Below, piece after piece: positions 43,861-55,292 of a stretch of 64,000 nt of DNA (positions within the stretch are counted from its first letter, which is position 1; each line of letters begins with the position of its first letter). Origin of the DNA: Hormiphora californensis (taxonomy: Eukaryota > Animalia > Ctenophora); assembly GCA_020137815.1 (NCBI GenBank), contig CM035354.1, positions 186,001-250,000 of the forward strand, read 5' to 3'. The notes beneath the pieces are model-generated. The model saw nothing but the letters and a program-made list of their open reading frames with translations. It was not told where the DNA came from and made no database searches. The position numbers and the translations under genes are program-made.

Positions 43861-44269
43861 TGGAAAGCGGTACAAATCAAACTGCAGCAACGGGGAGAGT
43901 GTTTTTTCTTCCTAAGAATCAGGTCATGCAAGATTGAGCAATCAAAAACCAAGAAACTTCCTCGTTTTTTAAGAAACTAAACAAGGAATTTCTTTCTGAA
44001 ATGCGTGATCATTTGAAAGTTTCTTACTAAACCGTAAAAGGATAGCACGGTATGGTAAGACGTTAAAAGGTAGATTTATAACAAGGATCGCAAGACGGCA
44101 AAGAAAAACTGAGACATTCCTCAGCCGGGTGCAATTATATTATAGCTGTGGACCCTAAAAAGGAATTGTACACCGTAAAGAGACGACGCGGAGTGCTGCG
44201 TGCAATCTGTCACGGCAGATTATGCCGACGTCAAGATATACAGAGTGCATTTGGTATGTGGCTGAGAGG

Positions 44270-44393
<124 letters not shown>

Positions 44394-44739
44394 TAGCAAA
44401 GAAGGCAGTTCAATCAGCGGGAAGAAGCTCTATCTCTACTCCCCCGTCTCCATAACTTGGTCAGACAATCATGGTTACTGCTACATGCTGCAATTGCTAT
44501 GTCCAAAGAAGGAGCAAAATTGAAGTTGCAGTAGAGATATTTCTCTCTCTGATCTCTGATCTCTCTATCTCTCTCAACCTCTCTCTCTGACCTCTCTGAT
44601 CTCTGATCTCTCTCTCTCTCTCTCGGTCCATTACACGCACCACTCCCGCATGGGGCCGTAAGGTCCCTGCTGGCTTGAGCCCTATCTGTTCTAGGCCCCC
44701 TCGATTAAATTTTTAAAACATTCTGGGGGGTTTAAAAGA

Positions 44740-44839
44740 NNNNNNNNNNNNNNNNNNNNNNNNNNNNNNNNNNNNNNNNNNNNNNNNNNNNNNNNNNNNN
44801 NNNNNNNNNNNNNNNNNNNNNNNNNNNNNNNNNNNNNNN
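44740..44839. other. Assembly gap
   Basis: 100 N. Confidence 1.
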
Positions 44840-46885
44840 CGTTTCAGAGATTCTCTGTCTCTGCTCGTCAAGATTCTATCGCTTCCACTGATTTGAGTAC
44901 ACAGGTATCGTGAATACTAAAACTGGTGGTGAAACATTGTAGCTACTCTTAAGATCCCCAGTTTGACTGGGATCCGAGTCACATCCCGAGAACAGGAGAC
45001 TAGAAGGCACGTACATTCTGGCATCCCTTTGAACCCCGTGTGTTATATATGGGCTGACCTTCTGAAGTTACCCCAAATTACCCCCCACAATGTTAACTCT
45101 GGATAATTACAATGTACCAGAAAAAATACAATGGAGATATTTGCCCAAGGGAGAGCCGGGTGATGGGGTTCAGGTTGCAATCTGAGTCAACAAAAGGGGA
45201 CAAACTAGAAAGTATAAAGGTAAGAGAGCGAGCTAGAGAGAGAGAGCGAAGAGAGAGAGAGAGATAGAGCTAAGATAGTGAGGAGCGAGAGGAGCGATAT
45301 ACGAGAACTATAGATATATCGCTATCGCGAGAGCGAAGATATAGAGAGAGATAGAGACTGCTAGACGCTACTCTCTAGATCAGCGGTGAGTAGATAATCG
45401 CGCGATAGCTCTAGCATAGATCGAGATATAGACCTATAGAATATATATCGAGATCTCTCTCTCATCTTCTTCTCTCTCCTCTTCTCTTCCTCTTATCTTC
45501 TTTCCTCTTCTTCTCTTCTCTTTCTCTTCTATCTCTCTCCCTTTTCATTTGTTTCCCCCCGTTTTTTTTTTTTTTTTGGTTGTTAAATACAGCAACTACA
45601 CCACCTTAACCTATTGCCTGTCTTAAAATACTGCCCGGAAAACCTATTAGCGATAGGGTAACAGATGAAAAGGATCCGAGACTTCAGCCAATCTGGAACC
45701 CTAAATGTTCGTACCACAGCTCTCTTTACCACGTTCTCTCTTTTTTCTCTCTATACCCCTCTCTATCTCTCTATCTCTCTAACATTTTAACTTTGCTTCA
45801 ATCACAAGCCTTCTAGGTATATTGGCTATCGTGAACCCCCCTCTTCATTCCCTATCTCTCTGTCTATCAGTACCTCTTTCAAATGAAGCAATGGTCTCTC
45901 TCTATCTCTCTATCTCTCTATCCCTCTCTCTATCTCTCTATCTCTCTATCTCCCTTACTCTCTCTCTCTCTCTCTCTCTCTCTATCGAAGAGAGAGAGAG
46001 CTCTCTCTCTCTCTTCGATAGCCAAAGTGGGGATAATCGATAAATATTGCCCCAGCTGCTTCAATAGCATTACGTTATTCACAATTCATATGGACACTCA
46101 CGTCATTGTTCAAGCCAAAACTAGACAGGTACAGCTGTAAACTAATATCGAGCCACCCCGCCCCATCCCTTGACCTGCTCATATATTTTACCCATTACAT
46201 TCCCACTCTGACGTGCAACACATGTCTTCCAAATCATCATCCAGCTCCATAAACGGACTGGCAACATACCAGCCGCATCTATATACACACACAGGATGTC
46301 TTCCAACATATATGCTCCGGCTGCCCCTCCCCATTTGCCCTATGAGGGATAGGCTGACCCTCCCCAGCACTTGAATTGTTCATACTCAACCCATCCCCGC
46401 TCTGTGAGAGATGTGCATTACACGGCCGCTTGTAGTGGGAATACGGTAATGGAAAACGGAGACACTGTATGAAGACGCGCAACCGTGGCCAATCGGCGCG
46501 TTAGTACGTGCTGACAAAAAGTACTTTTAACAGATTGTTGACAAAAGCCCTTGCGCGTTACGCAAATTCCGCGCAGATTACTGTATTTTGCATTACCGTA
46601 TTTTGACTGCAAGCAGCACTGTTACCAATCACTGCAAAAACTGTAATATCGATACTGTACGGACCCCCATATTGGTTGTTGAGCAACATCATACCGCCAT
46701 TTATGAACTATGCTGGCCCACATATTATAACGTCATAATTTAGATACGTTACAAGCTGATCCCCCATATTACGTCATAATTTAGATACCGTGACATAGAC
46801 ACCGTGTGCGACCAAGATTGAGTGTGCGGGGGTCGCGCCAGGTGTCTATATGTCACCAACTGACCCCCCATATTACGTCATTTAG

Positions 46886-47992
46886 AGACCTTGTGTACAA
46901 CGAGAAAGTCCTTCTTGAGAGGGGAATGATGGAGGTCCGATCTAAGATAACAATCCGTAAAGAAGCTAGCAACTGGACATTCACTATTTTCCTCGATAAA
47001 CCCGTCAAGTGGACGTCATTTCTGGAACTGTAAACTAATCTCCCACAACGAATACAATACCGTAAGTTCCACCCTCTACCTTTCAGGAGCCTGGATTTCA
47101 CCCAAAAGGACTGGGAAGATGGCAATATAAATCTGAGGGCGGTTGTTACTATTTCAAAAGAGGCAAATAACTGGACCTATACCATGTTCTTCACGAAGCC
47201 CGTGAATATTAAGACTTACTGGGGCTGCAAGGTCATCAGTTCTAATGAGTACAAGACAGTGAGTCAAATTGCATTTCTCCCCCGTACAACCATATATGGG
47301 CCCATTTAAACCTGGCGATGATTGCGTTTCTTCAAGTCATGTTACTGGTGGTAGTATATTGGCCATATATAACGACATTCACTTGCTGGACGGTTGCCCA
47401 TTTAATAGCATCCTTCTTCTTGCTTTACTAACTCATACTAAAAGGTTATCTATAAAGCTGTCTACTACTGCAGACTGCCATGCAGAGCTGATCATTTATC
47501 TGAGAGTGAGACAGTAACTCTGCAGTTAGTAATGGTAAATTTCTTGCCATGTCTCGACTTATAATAACCCTTCAAAATATATACGACCCATCATTTTAAC
47601 CTCCTCAAACTGCCTTTCTACTAAACTATATCAAGTACTGTCTGCCAAAAATTAAATTATCTTCAGATCTGGACCTTTGGACCGATGCCCTGGACTAAAC
47701 ACGTGAAGCCCGGCCAGAAGATCTCTCTGGGTTTCAATGGCAAGTTTGAGAACGACGGAGAGCGACCACAAACCGTCACCAAATCTTTCGTTGGTAAGCT
47801 ATATAAAATGGTGGTAAAATGATCCTGTCAGAGCATTGGCAGCTGCATATCCTATTCTCATTTCTCTCAAATAATAATTGCGCACGAGAACTGTGGTCAG
47901 AGCATTGGTCAGAGCATTGGCCTGGCAGATAATATCTCCTCCTATCCTTACACATTGTTTAATACGGATATTTGCTCTTTTCAGAGGCGTAA
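46886..47992 (+). CDS. 3' exons of a protein ending in a CBM2-like carbohydrate-binding domain; first two exons are paralogous
   Basis: Exons 46886-47061, 47087-47258, 47667-47793, 47985-47992. WEDG...NNWTYTMFF...YWGCKV...PWTKHVKPGQKISLGFNG fits the CBM2 Trp spacing. AATAAA at 48062. Confidence 0.6.
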
Positions 47993-48334
47993 ACGAGTGA
48001 ATGCCCTGCAGCACGCGAGGAAGAAATTGCACAGCCATTTGTTCCAATTCCGTATTTCAAGAATAAATTATTCAATAATAAGCTAATTACGTCGTAATAA
48101 CAATATTGTCTTTTTTCTAGAAAGTGGAGATTAAGTTAAAAAAGAATAAAAAATACACAGATCACAGCTGCTACCAAGCAAAGGTGCCTGGTGCACAATC
48201 ATCAGACGCAACAACGTGTACAACGCTATATCAGTTCACGCACCCTTATAATTACCCCACAAAATATGCCATCAAACTCTACCCTGATACATGAGTGTCT
48301 CATTCCCCCTCTCTTTCTCCTAGTTTCTCTCTCT

Positions 48335-48403
<69 letters not shown>

Positions 48404-48444
48404 TCTCTCTCTCTCTCCTTCTCTCTCTCTCCTTCTCTCTCTCT

Positions 48445-48475
<31 letters not shown>

Positions 48476-50583
48476 CTTCTCTCTAGCTTTCTCTCTCAAA
48501 TATGAAACAAAGTAGAATTCCCTATTGCTTTATAAAGCTGTCAATATATGAAACCACTCTAGCTCTCACAGGTATCTCAGCAGCTTCACTTTGAAGGGTT
48601 AGGTACTTATACTTTCATCACGTTTTTAATTGTTGACTCAACAACTCAACAATGTTGTGGGTTACTAAACAAGTTTTTAGAGCAACTCTGAGGAAGTCAT
48701 AGAAAGTGGATAACCAATCCTGGTTAGGAGAGTGGATATATTCGAGAGGGAGAGATGATGGGGAGATAGAGAGTGGTGAGTGCAGGTGGCATTCCCAACT
48801 AACTACAACCATGGGTAGAGCGTGGTGAGTGCGTGACCAATCACAACATATAATACTAGGTAACTAAATGTTACTTCCTCAGCTCACTAATAGGAATTAA
48901 ATATATTCGCTAAATACTTCCTCGATTTCTCAGACATATAATCATGCAACCAACAGATGCGCAGGTTTTTTAGTATCACTGCGCTGGCAAGCGCAGAGGT
49001 TGCCATCCCCCCAAAGTCCCACCAGAAACGCAGTTATACGTTTTATGGGTGTTTTGGCTGAAAACCCAAATTTCAGAAGGCTATTATAGTGTTCCTCAGG
49101 AACGTTCTACACGTTATCTCTAAGAAACAACTTAGTCAGGACACTCCAAATATTCAGGAAGGAATCATTGCCCAATATACCAAATGAAGATGATCAAAAA
49201 AATTTTTTGACAAAAAATATAACCTAAGCTGCAGACACCGCTAGAGAACCATAACCGGAGATGTGATTTGATTGAAAATATCCAGAGAAATGTATGAATG
49301 ATAAATCACGCACTATTTTCGTGTCGATACTCTCTCTTATTGTCACTATTTGAATTCACTGCAAGGTGGTATAATATGTGGTACCAGCTATAAGGAATTA
49401 CCAAAACCTATCCTATACGTGTAATTCTCACCTAGAATCTAGATAGGGCCGCCTGCTCCTGGGCAAAATATTATTAATTATAGTAAAGCACATGTATTAT
49501 GTACGTGTTTTCTAGGTGAATGATGCGACTCACCAACAGCTCTTTAATAGCCCTTACCGCTGGTCTTGATCACTACTGTTATAGTGTAACACGGATCTTA
49601 TTTGAAAGAAATAAGATTGAGAATGAGATCAGGGCCTGACGTATAATGTGATCCTTGCTGAGCGATTTTGGTATAGCAGCCCTCACGGCTCACCCTTGAT
49701 TGCAACATAAATGATAAACGAGGAAATATTATAAAAACTATATATTTGTCTTTCATGTTATACCAGGGGGGAGAATTTGTCAAAGTATTAAACGACACAG
49801 ACTGCTCGATTTCCTCAATTTGTCACAACGATCTCTCCTGTTTTTATTTCCTCGACTGAGGTCAAAATATATGTTACAACAAACCCGCCGCCCGCCAAGA
49901 CTGAGTGGTATATTATACCGAGGATCCTGGCCAGGCAGGTCCGAGCCTTGGTGACATAGACACCGTGCGCGACCAAGATTGAGCTCACACAGGTCGCGCC
50001 AGGTGTCTATATGTCACCAAGTCAGGCAGGTCAGAGCCTGCAACTGACCCGTTCACATACTAAACAACATGATATATAGTAGTGACGACATGTGTCATTA
50101 TCAAGGAACTCTCTAAGGAAGCAGCAACAAAATAAAAACTCCTTGACAAGTCCTTGACAACAACAAGAAACTAAAATACTGGATTTCCTTTACCAACATT
50201 TTTTAGTTATCCCATTCAGGGTGGCTCGATTGAACGTGACCCAGTAAAAACATATCAAGAACCTTAACATGCACTAACACGGGATTAATGAAAGCTTGAA
50301 ATTTCTCGACTACTGCATAACCAGTAGGGTGTGCTATTTCAAATTTTTTTCGACTAGGCCATTCAGTATCTAGCTAATGTGAAACTATGGAAAATTCTCT
50401 ATCACATCAGCAAAACAGAATCGGGATAGTGTTTGTCAGTTACGTTGGCATCGCGATTTAAAAAGTGTAGTTTCTAACCGAAAAATGGTAAATACAGGAA
50501 ATATGTGTGGTTTTCACCAGTTTTTGACATGTTCTTGATATCACCTTTTTATGGTCAGGATTGTGTTCAGCACCTCGAAACTG

Positions 50584-50893
50584 GGGATGGAATGGTAGTG
50601 ATGTGGTGCTGAACTGAGCTTCGCTCTTCTTGGCGCCATATCACTGCAAGCCCGATCAGTCAACCTCCGCGTCGGTCCATCCTGGAAACGTACTCCGCGT
50701 GTATGGTCCGGTTTTTTGCTCGGGGTTGGGTGGTCTTTGGCCTTGTTATGGGTGGTCGTGCTCCTGGTTCCGGCCGAGATGGGCTCTCTGTCTTGGCGGG
50801 GACTGGGGTCCGGTCGTCTTGGGCGGGGTCGGGGTCTTCCCTGTCCGTCGGGTGGGGGATCGGGCTGTGTGCGTGTTGTGCGGCTAATGACTG
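50584..50893 (+). ncRNA. HDV-like self-cleaving ribozyme with extended J1/2 and P4
   Basis: P1 GGGATGG 50584-90 / CCATCCT 50677-83 (G.U at position 1); P2 CAGTCA 50657-62 / TGACTG 50888-93; P3 ACC/GGT; P1.1 CC 50667-68 / GG 50684-85; P4 base CGTAC/GTGCG; J4/2 G-C(50884)-TAA. Confidence 0.85.
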
Positions 50894-51754
50894 CGGACGT
50901 GAGCTGCTATCTCCCATTAAGGGAGTAAATTAAACGCCAGAGAACTAGCCTCGCTCAATATTGGCACCGAGGGCCTCTGCCTTGTAGGCATGCCTGTTGA
51001 CCCGGCAGCTGTAGCCTTTAAGACAGCCCTTCAGTCCAACATACCATTGGTAGGACGGAGGTTACCTTCTCTCGCAAAAAATAGGGGTTATTCCCCTGGG
51101 GAACCTCTGCCCAAATTTTTGCCACATACTACCTTTGCAATATCTCGCAAATTAAAAATCAAATATTCCACTGCACGGACTACTATACTGCTGGAAAACC
51201 TACTACAGGCTACCCAAACTAAACCAAAGAAGTATTAGTTTTTTGATTCCGAAAATATGCCTAAATTCAAATTCCTCTCTCAGTCCTAGATGTCCTTGCA
51301 AACACAGCGAATAATATATATGTACTCCAATCTGCTTCAGATTGAGAGATAAGGATATGTGATCCGTAAAGCCTACTCACAGGAGGGCGCGAAGATACTT
51401 TTATAGAGCTAAATACATCACCCGAGTATCCGATAATGGATAAAGCAATGATCATCCTTATCGTAGTCCCGTAAATAGGAAGATGAACTAATCAAATAAC
51501 ACCACAAGCCACTACGCGATATCAACCACCGAGATTTGTAGTTTAAATTAAGGCCTAGCGGCCTCCTAATCGCATTAACAAATACACAAATAATGACAGG
51601 CTAGACAACCACTCGGCACATATCTCCCCCTATAGCAACCTACATGACTCTGTTTTCGTAAGCCCTGCAACAGTTGAGTACCACTTCTACTACTCCTCCT
51701 CGCACCAGTCCACATGGTACGCAAACCACTGTGTACCACCGCGAGTAACCCAGA

Positions 51755-51890
51755 CACAATTGGCACTCCGGCCGGTGACCTAGTCACAATTGGAACACCG
51801 CCAGTGATCCAGTCGCAATTGGAACCCCGCCAGTGACCCAGTCGCAATTGGCACCCCCGCCAGTGACCCAGTCACAATTGGCACCCCTGT
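51755..51890 (+). repeat. ~29-bp tandem repeat (GTCRCAATTGGMACCCCGCCAGTGACCCA), ~5 copies, inside retroposon A
   Basis: Direct observation. Confidence 0.85.
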
Positions 51891-52556
51891 CACACATGAC
51901 ACATTACACAAACTGTACTGCTTCGGCAGTGCATATACCAAACCTAACCTCGCATGGCAAAATGTAGCCTAAACAATTGCAATCCCCCCGCCAAAATCTA
52001 TGATCTGAAGAGTATTCACGAATACGAGGGGGAAATACTTATGGTGTTAATATGATCGATAAGAGCCCGTGACCACCGGGCAGGTCGAGGTCAACAGGAC
52101 CACCTACGGCCAGACATCTCTGGAGACATTAGAAAACGCAAAGTGCCGCCTCTGGAAGCTGATACTTAGCAAATGCTTGCCAGTGTGAATCGATTTAAAG
52201 CTACCGCTATTGGAAAATAGTCGCCGGACTCCCAGGCCGTAGGCAGATCTGTCATACTAAGGGTACCGACCCAAAGCCTGAGATGTGTAAGATACGTTGT
52301 CAGCGACACCGTAGTCCGCTACAGTGAACCATCGTTACATCGTATCCGGCAACCCACCTACTTCTACAGTTGCTTGCAACAGTAGTAACCAGAGACCAGT
52401 CACTCGGACAGGTAAATTCCGCCACTGTCCTTGTAATAGACGGGCGTCTACTTCCTTCGTATGCAATACCTTTCTCGCGGTGCCAAACAGGGCAGGGGGG
52501 AACTCAGCGGGCAGCAAGGAGGGGGGAGTAATGTGCCACTCTGCGATGCAGCGTGT

Positions 52557-54027
52557 GTGTGTGTGTGTGTGTTTTGCACCGCCCGTCATTCCTCCCACTT
52601 TACTGCCCCACAATGGTCGGCAGACAACCTATATTAATATCACTCTTCGCCACCGTCCCCCACACGTAGGGATAATGTTGATGTTGTTCCGGTTTGGGTC
52701 CTGGTATTTTGTCGAGCAAGCTCAACATTTCCCTCGAACCTTCGCCGGCATCACAAGAAGAGTATTTGATACAGTGAATCTAATATTAGACTGACATACC
52801 TATATTGTCAGGACAATGGATGGAATTTACCTGTCTCACAGACTGGTCTTTGGTTACTACTGCTCCAGGGAGCTGTAGAGGTAGGTGGGTTGCCGGATAT
52901 GACAATACCGTGGGTTCACCATCTAATCGGTGACGGCTGAAATATCTTATCACACCTCAGGTCTTTGGTCAAAACCGCTAGCAGTACTTATCAGCATGCA
53001 ACCTGGGGGTCCGGACAGCTAATTTCTTAGCAAGCACAGATAAGCATGAAAAACGCTTATGTAAACTTCTGGTGAGCATTTGGCAAATTATCAGCTCCCA
53101 GGGGTTGCACTATTGCGGGGTAATTACTTGCCATACGGCGGAGGTGGCCCTTTGTTATGGCCCAGACCTGCCCTACCTTAATCGTGGGTCCCTTATGATG
53201 TGGTTTTGTTGGAATTCCCCGGCCGTAGCGATTCTTGCCCTGTGGTTTGCTACTTCTTTCAGGTCGGGATGGTTGGGGATGGTTTAATCGAATAGGTTAC
53301 TTTTGGCTATTAGTTTGGAGAATTTTACCAAATCAAGTGTGTTGCTTGATCTGTTTGTTAGTGAGGAGGATTGTTCTAGATATATTGCAAAGGTAGTATG
53401 TGGCAAAAATTTGGGCAGAGGTTCCCCAGGGGAATAACCCCTATTTTTGCGAGAGAAGGTAACCTCCGTCCGACCAATATGGGATGTTGGACAGGAGGGC
53501 TGTTTTAAAGGCTACAGCTGCCGGGTGATTACAAATCATGGGTTGCCATAATTGAGGGAGGCTAGTTCTCTGGCGTAGAATTTACCCCCATAATTAAATG
53601 GGAGACAGCCGAAGGGTCATCAGGCATGCCTAGTAGGCAGAGGCCCTCGGTGATTACAAATCATGGGTTGCCATGTGTAACAAGGTTACTGGCTGGGGTG
53701 AGATTATCAGTTCAACCGGGATCCCCACTAAGACTCAGCCCGACGACCGACCGACAAACGATCGATCAACGACTGATATCAATCGTCAACCAACCGCTCA
53801 TCAATCGACCGCCGAACCAAATCCCAGCAGGGACCAGCCGCACTGCAAGAGCTCGGTGCCATAGTTGAGTTCGGCAAGGTCTCTGGCAAAGTTTACTCCC
53901 CAAGATTGGGGAGAGAGCCGGTGTGATTTGACCGTAATCACTGGACCATCAGCCAACCAGGTCCACGGCAACGGGACTGAGCTCGAAGAACTCAGCTGGC
54001 ACGAAGAACCTGAGTTCCCCCCGCTGA
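52557..54027 (-). mobile_element. Retroposon copy B (1471 bp), inverted, inserted in the 5' LTR
   Basis: 14-bp TSD GCGATGCAGCGTGT (52543-52556, 54028-54041); (TG)n at the left end; inverted homology to 50905-51150, 52230-52420 and 57870-57980. Confidence 0.88.
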
Positions 54028-54398
54028 GCGATGCAGCGTGTCACATAAGTATACCGCGTTAGTTAGGGAGATGTGAAAAACTCCCTATAGCGCAGTTCTC
54101 TTCTGACTTCTAGAGTTCTGTTCTAACCTCAACAACTGACAGTTCTCCTCTATCTCTGCTCATATTATTATACAGTAGCTTACAAGTGTTAAGTGTGATT
54201 TGAGAGTTCATGTGAGATAGACTTTTTACTTTGACCCAAAACAAAACCCCGTGCTTGAGTTACTGTGTACTTTGTCTCATGAACCATGTCTGACCACGTA
54301 CCGCCCCCCAATCCAACCCCTACAAATGGTGGCATCGGTGGGATGATTGATCAAAGCACTATAATACGGTCGAGATCGGAGAATCGAGATCTGAAACC

Positions 54399-55292
54399 GT
54401 GCCAGCTCCTAAGGATGCTGAGTCTGATAATGAGTTGTTGAATGAACTTCTAGCCGATCTTCCAGAAGAGAGAAAGGCCGCAATAATTGCCCTCATTGGA
54501 AATGGAATCCAGAACAGAGGTTCCCTAGTGAACTTTGAAACTGACCACGAACCTATTCCCCAAGTTGAAGATGATATGCTCCTAGCTAGAAGTGTTAGAA
54601 GACTTTCTCGATTTGATCCAAACTCCGTTACTATACGAAGGTTTATAATCATGTATGAAACATACTCTGCTGCTATGGGTCTGTCTGAAAAACAAAAGAT
54701 TGACTTGTTTGTTACTTACCTCGATGGAAAATTACAGGAAAAACTCCTGACCGCTACGTCATTGAATTCTGACAGCTGGGAAGACTACAAGAACTCCCTA
54801 ATTAAGTTCCTTGAGGACCACTCTCGTCGTAATGCAGTCACCGCCAGAATCCAGATTAAACGTGCTAAGCAGAAGGTGACAGAGACGGTATTCGAGTTCG
54901 CAGACCGACTACAGGAGCTCTCTATGATAGGCTACCCTGCTTCAAGTGAGTTGAATAACCTTGCGATCAAAGAAAAGGTTTTAAAAGATGCACTAGCATC
55001 AGGTGTTAGAGATGATGATATTGGAATTGAATTGATGGTGATGATTGAGACCTCTACGTATGACCAGCTTCTCCAGGAAGCCCTGAAATTAGAATTATCT
55101 ATATCTACCAGATCTGGATTTCATACAATTGGAGCTGCAGCAGTAATAACTGTAGGATACTCTGGTGACACAGACTACAGTCCTATTCCAGAAATAGAAA
55201 ACTACCCTGGATCTGGAGTTTCTCAGAACCCTGGAGATCCTACGTCAGACTCTGATGACGAATATATTCGAGAAATAATTGATATGGATTAG
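54399..55292 (+). CDS. Gag-like (capsid) ORF of the LTR element
   Basis: Directly after the PBS; WEDYKNSLIKF, KQKVTETVFEFADRLQEL, KDALASGVRD fit the retrotransposon gag pattern. No pol follows. Confidence 0.78.
   Translation: MPAPKDAESDNELLNELLADLPEERKAAIIALIGNGIQNRGSLVNFETDHEPIPQVEDDMLLARSVRRLSRFDPNSVTIRRFIIMYETYSAAMGLSEKQKIDLFVTYLDGKLQEKLLTATSLNSDSWEDYKNSLIKFLEDHSRRNAVTARIQIKRAKQKVTETVFEFADRLQELSMIGYPASSELNNLAIKEKVLKDALASGVRDDDIGIELMVMIETSTYDQLLQEALKLELSISTRSGFHTIGAAAVITVGYSGDTDYSPIPEIENYPGSGVSQNPGDPTSDSDDEYIREIIDMD

Noticed and set aside
44840-45570. Unusual degenerate GA/TA-rich sequence next to the gap
   Set aside because: Typical read-end noise through a microsatellite.
53610-53630. 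Hammerhead ribozyme core (CTGATGA on the minus strand) in retroposon B
   Set aside because: There is no correctly placed GAAA or stem III, and copy A has CTGTTGA at the same position.
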